A stretch of DNA of 19,946 nucleotides, from IMG/VR virus record IMGVR_UViG_2734482599_000001, one strand, 5' to 3'. Shown here piece by piece: positions 10,239 through 19,946 of the stretch. The DNA comes from a virus. Lineage: Duplodnaviria > Heunggongvirae > Uroviricota > Caudoviricetes. How positions within the stretch are numbered: the first letter of the stretch is position 1; each line of letters opens with the position of its first letter. Made by a program: the position numbers and the translations under genes. Below the pieces are notes generated by a model, which was not told where the DNA came from, made no database searches, and saw only the letters and a list, made by a program, of their open reading frames with translations.

Positions 10239-10813
10239 CGCTTTATTACCATTCTCAGTTGATGCTGCAGCGCATAGCCCAGCTCTTTCGGAAGACGTTC
10301 ACGCCGTATCCGTTCAATATTCTGTTTAAACGCCGTGGTCAGCGGCACCGCCATCGGGATTTTCACCACATCAATGGGGTAACGGTTTTTCCCGGCCACA
10401 CGCTGCATAACATGCCACCGGCCGTTTTTCAGTTGCTGAATAAACGCGCCGGGAATACGACGGTTACCCACCACAAGCACGCTGCCGCCACCTTTCAGGG
10501 ATGAACGCTGCCCCTTTTTATGACGCCTGCGGCGGGACAGGACAACCCGCGCATTACCCAGCTTGATTACGGGCAAATCCCCCCGGTTAACTTTGATTCT
10601 GGCCTGCGGATTTTTGACCGTGGCCCTTTTCAGCCTGGCCCTTTCCTTTACCAGTTTCCGGCGTACCTTTGTCTCACGGGCAACCTGTGACGCAGACTGC
10701 GATATCGCGGATGAAGCAACGCGGTTAATGGCCATTGCGGCGGCACCGGGCACCGCCGTTTTGCTGATACGGCTGAGGTTTTCAACGGCCTGCTCAAGAC
10801 CTTTTATGGCCAT
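10235..10813 (-). CDS. Z: Tail completion protein gpZ
   Basis: 192-aa ORF MAIKGLEQAVENLSRISKTAVPGAAAMAINRVASSA..., lambda gpZ length and sequence. Confidence 0.95.
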   Translation of the reverse strand: MAIKGLEQAVENLSRISKTAVPGAAAMAINRVASSAISQSASQVARETKVRRKLVKERARLKRATVKNPQARIKVNRGDLPVIKLGNARVVLSRRRRHKKGQRSSLKGGGSVLVVGNRRIPGAFIQQLKNGRWHVMQRVAGKNRYPIDVVKIPMAVPLTTAFKQNIERIRRERLPKELGYALQHQLRMVIKR

Positions 10814-10824
10814 ACATCCCCCTT

Positions 10825-11178
10825 TCAGCGGCGACGGTTAACGGCAGGCGGTACGCCCCGTCCAAGCCAGAGATGACAACTTCCGCCATCATCCGGCGAA
10901 ACCCGATCTACCCAGAAATTTTCCTCACCGATGGTCAGCGTGTCTCCACGCCGCAGCTGCCGCACCTCATCAGTCCGGACAAACAGGGACGGGCTGGAGC
11001 CTTCAACGCGCACGCCCTGTCCGGCATAGCTGATATTTTCAGGGTCATCAAAAACACCACGTATCACCGCACCTGACTGCTCACCGGATGTCATGGTGGC
11101 TGACGTTCCCATGTACCCGCGTATCGTTTCATCGGCGCGGGCAATGGCAGCATCGAACAGGTTATCGAAATCAGCCAC
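10825..11178 (-). CDS. FII: Head-tail joining / head completion protein gpFII
   Basis: 117-aa ORF (GTG start) MADFDNLFDAAIARADETIRGYMGTSATMTSGEQSGAVIRGVFDDPENISYAGQG, lambda gpFII. Confidence 0.95.
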   Translation of the reverse strand: MADFDNLFDAAIARADETIRGYMGTSATMTSGEQSGAVIRGVFDDPENISYAGQGVRVEGSSPSLFVRTDEVRQLRRGDTLTIGEENFWVDRVSPDDGGSCHLWLGRGVPPAVNRRR

Positions 11179-11189
11179 AGCGCCTCCCG

Positions 11190-11588
11190 TTATTGCATTC
11201 TGGCCAGGCCGCGCTCTGTCATTTCGGCTGCCACACCGGCAGAGACACGAAACGCCGTTCCCGGCAGCACAAATGCCACAGGTTTATCCCGCGTGGCGTG
11301 AAGTGCATCAGTATGCAGCGTCACCAGTGCCACGACCGTGACCAGTTCAGCCGTATCCTGAATCACGGTATCCGGCTGCGCTGATACCACCTCATTTTCA
11401 TGCCCGGTCAGCACATTTTCCCGGCTGAGAGGGGTGTCCTGACCGGCAGTTTCATCCGTGTCATCAAGCTCTTCTTCCAGCTCTGCCACACGAAGCGCCA
11501 GTTCTTCTTTCGTTCCCGTCAAACTGACATCGCGGTTCAATTGCTCACCCAGCTCCTGAAGACGGGCAATCAGTTCATCTTTCGTCAT
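11190..11588 (-). CDS. FI: DNA packaging accessory protein gpFI
   Basis: Internal ATG at 11586-11588 gives 132 aa MTKDELIARLQELGEQLNRDVSLTGTKEELALRVAELEEELDDTDETAGQDTP..., lambda gpFI. The ORF-track start at 11627 is an upstream extension. Confidence 0.93.
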   Translation of the reverse strand: MTKDELIARLQELGEQLNRDVSLTGTKEELALRVAELEEELDDTDETAGQDTPLSRENVLTGHENEVVSAQPDTVIQDTAELVTVVALVTLHTDALHATRDKPVAFVLPGTAFRVSAGVAAEMTERGLARMQ

Positions 11589-11629
11589 GAACTCCTCCAC
11601 AGAGAGAAAATGGCCCCGAAGGGCCATGA

Positions 11630-12655
11630 TTACGCCAGTTGAACGGACACGAACTCATCAGGATCAGCCAGCAGCATCAGCGGTGCTGACTGAATCATGG
11701 TGAACTCACGCGCCGGATCGCCGGTGGTCACCCAGTTTTTCGGGTAACGGGCAGAAGCGTTAATGCCTTCGCGCTGTGCGTCCGCATCCTGAATGCAGCC
11801 ATAGGTGCGCAGACCGCGAGCCTGAGTGTTCCCCAGCACCATCGTGTTGTCCGGCAGGAAGTTCTTTTTGACGCCGTTTTCCACGTACTGTCCGGAATAC
11901 ACGACGATGGCCACATCGCCATACATTCCCTTATAGGACACCGCTTTGCCCAGGTCTTTTACCGCTGTCTCCAGCTCGGAATGAGAGCCGCGACGGGTAT
12001 CCAGCTTCTCCTTGACGGCTTTGAAGGAACGGAACAGCGCCCAGCCTTTCGGGTCAAACACGATGATATTCACCACACCGCTGGCGTTCAGCGCGTAGGC
12101 TTCGATATCGTCGGTCGGGTCATACGTGGACTTGTCACGCTTGCTCCACTCCGTGACGCCGGACTGTGTGATGTTGTTCGCCGCACTGCGGCCCATATCC
12201 ACCTCAACCGGATCGAAGGCTTCACCGGTCATGGTGTATTTGCCCTTGAGCACGGCAGAAACTGCCTGCATCTCTTCGACCTGAGCAATGGCCAGCTCTT
12301 CGTCACGCATGTTCTGCATGATGATGCGACGGCGGCGGTAAGCCGGGTCCGCCAGATTCTGCGGATCTTCATCCGGCAGGCGACGCAGGGTCATCTGCGG
12401 ATTCACCTCATGCTTGGGTTTGACATATCCCGGCGTAAATTCAGAGGTGGAGCCGCCACGGGAACGGATAACCTCACCGGAAACAATCGGCGAAACGTAC
12501 AGCGCCATGTTTACCAGTCCCGGAATTTGTGAGAGATAGACTTTCTCCGTAGTGAAGGGATAGCTCTCACGGAAAAAGAGACGCAGAAACAGCGGATCAA
12601 ACTTAAATTTCTGCTCATTTGCCGCCAGCAGCTGGGCGGTTGTGTACATCGACAT
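11630..12655 (-). CDS. E: Major capsid protein gpE (HK97 fold)
   Basis: ATG at 12653-12655 gives 341 aa MSMYTTAQLLAANEQKFKFDPLFLRLFFRESYPFTTEKVYLSQIPGLVNMALYVSPIVSGEVIRSRGG...EFVSVQLA, lambda gpE. The ORF-track start at 12682 is an extension. Confidence 0.97.
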   Translation of the reverse strand: MSMYTTAQLLAANEQKFKFDPLFLRLFFRESYPFTTEKVYLSQIPGLVNMALYVSPIVSGEVIRSRGGSTSEFTPGYVKPKHEVNPQMTLRRLPDEDPQNLADPAYRRRRIIMQNMRDEELAIAQVEEMQAVSAVLKGKYTMTGEAFDPVEVDMGRSAANNITQSGVTEWSKRDKSTYDPTDDIEAYALNASGVVNIIVFDPKGWALFRSFKAVKEKLDTRRGSHSELETAVKDLGKAVSYKGMYGDVAIVVYSGQYVENGVKKNFLPDNTMVLGNTQARGLRTYGCIQDADAQREGINASARYPKNWVTTGDPAREFTMIQSAPLMLLADPDEFVSVQLA

Positions 12656-12710
12656 AAAAAAATCCCGTAAAAAAAGCCACACAGGCGGCCTTTAGTGATG
12701 AAGGGTAAAG

Positions 12711-13043
12711 TTAAACGATGCTGATTGCCGTTCCGGCAAACACGGTCCGTTTTTTCGTCTCGTCGCTGGCAGCCTCCGGCCAGAGCACATCCTCATAACG
12801 GAACGTGCCGGACTTGTAGAACGTCAGTGTGGTGCTGGTCTGGTCAGCAGCAACCGCAAGAATGCCAACGGCAGCACCGTCGGTGGTGCCATCCCACGCA
12901 ACCAGCTTACGGGTGGAGGTGTCCAGCATCAGCGGGGTCATTGCAGGCGCTTTCGCACTCAATCCGCCGGGCGCGGTTGCGGTATGAGCCGGGTCACTAT
13001 TGCCCAGCGGCTGGTAATGGGTAAAGGTTTCTTTGCTCGTCAT
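12711..13043 (-). CDS. D: Capsid decoration / stabilization protein gpD
   Basis: ATG at 13041-13043 gives 110 aa [43 protein letters not shown]..., lambda gpD. Confidence 0.96.
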   Translation of the reverse strand: MTSKETFTHYQPLGNSDPAHTATAPGGLSAKAPAMTPLMLDTSTRKLVAWDGTTDGAAVGILAVAADQTSTTLTFYKSGTFRYEDVLWPEAASDETKKRTVFAGTAISIV

Positions 13044-13052
13044 AAACATCCC

Positions 13053-13658
13053 TTACACTGGTGTGTTCAGCAAATCGTTAACGGCATCAGATGCCGGGTT
13101 ACCTGCAGCCAGCGGTGCCGGTGCCCCCTGCATCAGACGATCCAGCGCAGTGTCACTGCGCGTCTGTGCACTCTGTGGTGCTGCGGCCAGAATACGGCGG
13201 GCCGTTTCCACGGTCATACCGGGGGTTTCGGCCAGCACGCGTGCCTGTTCTTCGCGTCCGTGAGCCTCCTCACAGTTGAGGATCCCCATAATGCGACTGT
13301 TTTCTGCCGCAACCGCTGCGGTGATCTGCGCGTTCACGTCCGGCTGCGCCGCGCTGGCGTTCTCGCCCTCCGTCGCTTGCACCACGCCAGTAACGTCAGC
13401 CTGCGAAGCAGTGGCTGAAACAGTTGTTGATTGAGTCTCTTTGGTCATTCGCCCTCCTGAGAGACGGGATTTACGTGCATCCAGTGCATCACGCATGACG
13501 GTGATCGCATCGGTACTGTTAACAAGTTCATCAGCCAGTCCGGCATCAATGGCCTCCTGACCGCTGTACACTGCAGCCTCGGTATCCAGCACAGCCTGCA
13601 CGGACAGGCCGGTATATGCCGACACCTTCTGTGCAAACATCCGGCGGGTTGCATCCAT
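13053..13658 (-). CDS. Nu3: Capsid scaffolding protein gpNu3, internal in-frame start within C
   Basis: In-frame ATG at 13656-13658, codon 239 of C, begins MDATRRMFAQKVSAYTGLSVQAVLDTEAAVYSG...; same nested arrangement and ~201-aa length as lambda Nu3. Confidence 0.85.
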   Translation of the reverse strand: MDATRRMFAQKVSAYTGLSVQAVLDTEAAVYSGQEAIDAGLADELVNSTDAITVMRDALDARKSRLSGGRMTKETQSTTVSATASQADVTGVVQATEGENASAAQPDVNAQITAAVAAENSRIMGILNCEEAHGREEQARVLAETPGMTVETARRILAAAPQSAQTRSDTALDRLMQGAPAPLAAGNPASDAVNDLLNTPV

Positions 13659-14352
13659 CCGGGACTGCAATGTTTCCCGGACATCATCCGGTAGATGGCT
13701 GTAGGGGTTGCCATCCACCTTATGGCTGCCGCTGTAAATCAGCGTGATTTCCACGCCCTGTTTCTCCAGTGCAGCGCCGTAATTACTGTGAGCCATCATG
13801 ACGCCGATGGAGCCTGTCCGGGCGGTCTGCGTGACCAGACGCCGGGAGGCGGCACTGGCAAGCAGCTGACCTGCGCTGCAGTTCATGTCATTGGCCAGCG
13901 CCCATACCGGCTTTATGTCACGCACACGGGCGATGATGTCAGCGCAGTCAAATGCTCCCGCCACCATTCCGCCCGGTGTGTCCATATCGAGCAGAATGCC
14001 GTCCACCATCGGGTCGCTGGCAGCCTGTTGCAGACGGGCGATAATGCCGTTGTAACCGGTCATCCCCGAGTACGGCTGCAGCGCCCGCGTCCGGCTGACC
14101 AGCGTGCCGGACACCGGCAGCACGGCGATGCCGTTCATTACCTGATAACTGCGGGCCTGTCGTGGTCCGTCATCATCACCGGATAACGCCAGCGCCGCGG
14201 GTGCCTCTCCGGCAGTCAGGCTGTCGCCGGATACTGCATCCGTCAGGCAGCTGATCCCAAGCTGGCCTGCAAGCGCACAAAAGAAAACCCGCGCATAGGC
14301 GGGTTCAAGCATCAGCGGCTCATTAAAAGCCATGCTGGCAATATGCGGGAGA

Positions 14353-14372
<20 letters not shown>
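13053..14372 (-). CDS. C: Minor capsid protein gpC / prohead protease (S49, ClpP-like)
   Basis: GTG at 14370-14372 (rc of cac) begins VTAELRNLPHIASMAFNEPLMLEPAYARVFFCALAGQLGIS..., 439 codons as in lambda gpC, overlapping the B 3' end by 20 nt. The 484-aa ORF in the track is an upstream extension. Confidence 0.93.
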
Positions 14373-18053
<3,681 letters not shown>

Positions 18054-18079
<26 letters not shown>

Positions 18080-18599
18080 TCAGCAACCCCGGTATCAGTT
18101 CATCCAGCGCGGCTGCTTTGTTCATGGCTTTGATGATATCCCGTTTCAGGAAATCAACATGTCGGTTTTCCAGTTCCGGAAAACGCCGCTGCACCGACAG
18201 GGGGATCCCGTCGAGAATACTGGCAATTTCACCTGCGATCCGCGACAGCACGAAAGTACAGAATGCGGTTTCCACCACTTCAGCGGAGTCTCTGGCATTT
18301 TTCAGCTCCTGTGCGTCGGCCTGCGCACGCGTAAGTCGATGGCGTTCGTACTCAATAGTCCCTGGCTGGAGATCTGTCTCGCTGGCCTGCCGCAGTTCTT
18401 CAACTTCCCGGCGCAGCTTTTCGTTCTCAATTTCAGCATCCCTTTCGGCATACCATCTTATAACGGCGGCAGAGTCATAAAGCACCTCATTACCCTTGCC
18501 ACCGCCTCGCAGAACGGGCATTCCCTGTTCCTGCCAGTTCTGAATGGTACGGATACTCGCACCGAAAATGTCAGCCAGCTGCTTTTTGTTGACTTCCAT
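18054..18599 (-). CDS. Nu1: Terminase small subunit gpNu1 (winged-HTH cosB-binding)
   Basis: 181-aa ORF MEVNKKQLADIFGASIRTIQNWQEQGMPVLRGGGKGNEVLYDSAAV..., lambda gpNu1 length and sequence; 26-nt overlap with A as in lambda; RBS GGAATGAACA upstream on the coding strand. Confidence 0.97.
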
Positions 18600-18776
18600 T
18601 GTTCATTCCACGGACAAAAACAGAGAAAGGAAACGACAGAGGCCAAAAAGCCCGTTTTCAGCACCTGTCGTTTCCTTTCTTTTCAGGGGGTGTTTTAAAT
18701 AAAAACATTAGGTTACGGCGAAGAAGAACGGAAACGCCTTAAACCGGAAAATTGTCATAAATAGCGAAAACCCGCG
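18600..18776 (-). promoter_or_regulatory. cosB: cosB: terminase (gpNu1) binding region with R1, R2, R3 elements and an intervening IHF-site region
   Basis: Three copies of the Nu1 R-element core (GGAAACG-containing ~16-mers): R1 about 18623-18638 (agaaaggaaacgacag), R2 about 18665-18680 (ctgtcgtttcctttct, inverted), R3 about 18722-18738 (gaagaagaacggaaacg). Positions and orientations match the lambda cosB layout between cosN and the Nu1 start. Confidence 0.85.
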
Positions 18777-18788
18777 CGCCTTCCGCCC
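18777..18788 (-). promoter_or_regulatory. cosN: cosN: terminase nicking site / 12-nt cohesive end (in phage orientation 5'-GGGCGGAAGGCG-3')
   Basis: Flanks align base-for-base with lambda (CGACAGGTTACG on the cosQ side, CGCGGGTTTTCGCTAT on the cosB side), which fixes the 12-nt segment. It reads GGGCGGAAGGCG here against GGGCGGCGACCT in lambda as I recall it. Confidence 0.8.
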
Positions 18789-18830
18789 CGTAACCTGTCG
18801 GATCGCCGGAAAGGACCCGCAAAATGATAA
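18789..18830 (-). promoter_or_regulatory. cosQ: cosQ-containing right-end segment (packaging termination signal region)
   Basis: Reverse complement ...GGGTCCTTTCCGGCGATCCGACAGGTTACG matches the terminal ~30 nt of the lambda right end with 2 substitutions. Exact cosQ limits are given from memory (about window 18812-18818) and are approximate. Confidence 0.55.
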
Positions 18831-18987
18831 TAATTATCATCTACATGTCACAACGTGCATCTACGCCATCAAACCACGTCAAATAATCAATTATGACGCA
18901 GGTATCGTATTAATTGATCTGCATCAACTTAACGTAAAAACAACTTCAGACAATACAAATCAGCGACACTGAATACAGGGCAACCTC

Positions 18988-19221
18988 ATGTCAACGAAGA
19001 ACAGAACCCGCAGAACAACAACCCGCAACATCCGCTTTCCTAACCAAATGATTGAACAAATTAACATCGCTCTTGTTCAAAAAGGGTCCGGGAATTTCTC
19101 AGCCTGGGTCATTGAAGCCTGCCGCCGGAGACTGTGCTCAGAAAAAAGAGTTTCGCCTGAAGCAAACAAAGAAAAGAGTGACATTACTGAATTGCTCAGA
19201 AAACAGGTTAGACCAGATTGA
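18988..19221 (+). CDS. Small ribbon-helix-helix-like DNA-binding protein, YlcI/DUF3950-like prophage right-end protein (77 aa)
   Basis: ATG at 18988 preceded by AGGG about 7 nt upstream. The product MSTKNRTRRTTTRNIRFPNQMIEQINIALVQKGSGNFSAWVIEACRRRL has a basic N-terminus, a beta-strand (NIRFP), helix A, and a G-x-S/N-x-S-x-W-hI-helix B pattern typical of RHH (Arc/CopG/MetJ) folds. The first ~50 codons correspond to the unannotated small ORF at the lambda right end and to E. coli prophage ylcI-type genes, from memory; the C-terminal 25 aa differ. Confidence 0.6.
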   Translation: MSTKNRTRRTTTRNIRFPNQMIEQINIALVQKGSGNFSAWVIEACRRRLCSEKRVSPEANKEKSDITELLRKQVRPD

Positions 19222-19278
19222 AGCAATTTAGATAATCGTGCAGACTACGCCCCCTCATATCACATGGAAGGTACTACA

Positions 19279-19689
19279 ATGGCTCAGGTTGCCATTTTTA
19301 AACAAATATTCGATAAAGTGCGAAATAATTTAAACTATCACTGGTTTTATTCTGAACTAAAACGTCACAATGTCTCACATTACATTTACTATTTAGCCAC
19401 AGAGAATATTCATCTTGTTCTTGAAAACGATAATACGGTTTTAATAAAAGGACAGGGTAAGGTTGTAAATGTAAGATTTTCAAAAAATAAATGCCTTATA
19501 GAAGCCACCTTAAAAGGATTCAAATCAGGAGAGTTATCATTTTACGAATACAGGAAAAATCTTGCTACAGCAGGGGTTTTCAGATGGATTACAAATATCC
19601 ACGAAAACAAAAGGTATTACTATACCTTTGATAATTCATTACTCTTTACTGAGAACATACAGAACACTACACAAATATTTCCGCACTAA
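19279..19689 (+). CDS. DUF1398 (YbcV/YdfO-like) prophage accessory protein, 136 aa
   Basis: ATG at 19279 with RBS GGAAGG 7 nt upstream; the ORF-track start at 19264 is an in-frame extension. Markedly AT-rich compared with the structural genes. The product [58 protein letters not shown]... resembles what I recall of the YbcV/YdfO DUF1398 family of E. coli cryptic prophages (DLP12, Qin); the family assignment is from memory. Confidence 0.6.
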   Translation: MAQVAIFKQIFDKVRNNLNYHWFYSELKRHNVSHYIYYLATENIHLVLENDNTVLIKGQGKVVNVRFSKNKCLIEATLKGFKSGELSFYEYRKNLATAGVFRWITNIHENKRYYYTFDNSLLFTENIQNTTQIFPH

Positions 19690-19696
19690 ATCATAA

Positions 19697-19725
19697 CGTC
19701 CGGTTTCTTCCGTGCCAGAACCGGA
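19697..19725. other. Inverted repeat / possible stem-loop just downstream of the DUF1398 gene
   Basis: gtccggtt (19698-19705) and aaccggac (19719-19726 region) are reverse complements separated by ~13 nt; no flanking U-tract, so a weak intrinsic terminator at best. Confidence 0.2.
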
Positions 19726-19734
19726 CTCGCTGGC

Positions 19735-19944
19735 ATGATGAAATATGTGTACCCGGTAACCCCGGTGTGCATCGTTTTTGATTATTCCCGCACACTCGCG
19801 CAGAAGGAGTTCCCCGTCGGGCTACGGTCTCTGTTAATACGGGAATACGGCGACGATTGGATTTGCCCCTATATTTCCAGACATCTGTTATCACTTAACC
19901 CATTACAAGCCCGCTGCCGCAGATATTCCCGTGGCGAGCGATAA
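19735..19944 (+). CDS. Hypothetical small protein (69 aa), unknown function; possible prophage moron ORF
   Basis: ORF with in-window stop (taa at 19942-19944); product MMKYVYPVTPVCIVFDYSRTLAQKEFPVGLRSLLIREYGDDWICPYISRHLL has protein-like mixed composition; no clear SD. Not recognised by me as a known family. Confidence 0.25.
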   Translation: MMKYVYPVTPVCIVFDYSRTLAQKEFPVGLRSLLIREYGDDWICPYISRHLLSLNPLQARCRRYSRGER

Positions 19945-19946
19945 CC

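Noticed and set aside
18118-18698. Plus-strand ORFs 18118-18480 and 18159-18698 overlapping Nu1 and cosB
   Set aside because: Antisense to Nu1 and running across the R-element repeats of cosB; not protein-like.
18600-18776. Possibility that the R-element repeats in cosB are a CRISPR-like or mobile-element repeat
   Set aside because: Only three short imperfect copies in the known lambda cosB arrangement (R3 and R1 direct, R2 inverted); these are terminase Nu1 binding sites, not a CRISPR array or IS terminal repeats.
18777-18788. Concern that the cosN difference is my own misalignment rather than a real difference
   Set aside because: Not fully rejected, but the flanking 9-mers on both sides match lambda exactly and fix the register, so the six mismatches are real in this sequence; whether they are biological or an assembly error remains open (kept as a finding).
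19691-19894. 67-aa minus-strand ORF (MITDVWKYRGKSNRRRIPVL...)
   Set aside because: Extremely Arg-rich, no RBS, and overlaps a more protein-like plus-strand ORF; judged spurious.

Overview
This window is the late (virion morphogenesis) arm of a lambda-type siphovirus, almost certainly an Enterobacterial lambdoid prophage or phage genome, read in reverse orientation. From about 18.6 kb down to position 1, the minus strand carries the complete lambda head and tail gene order with lambda-exact gene lengths and spacings: cos, Nu1, A, W, B, C/Nu3, D, E, FI, FII, Z, U, V, G/G-T, H, M, L, K, I, J. J runs off the window start, and two N runs (2105-2354 and 4535-4839) interrupt J and the L 3' end. No tRNA, rRNA, CRISPR array, IS element or integrase was found. 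I did not find a clearly novel multi-gene system; the structural module is colinear with lambda and has no insertions. Things worth a second look sit where the sequence departs from lambda: (1) the 12-nt cosN overhang differs from lambda at six consecutive positions while the flanks align; (2) the J receptor-binding region visible at 1-250 is strongly diverged; (3) right of cos on the plus strand there is a small accessory (moron) cassette, a ribbon-helix-helix-like 77-aa protein followed by an AT-rich 136-aa DUF1398/YbcV-like gene, then a hairpin and a small ORF of unknown function. All identifications rest on my own recall of lambda proteins and translation of the given sequence; no database search was run.
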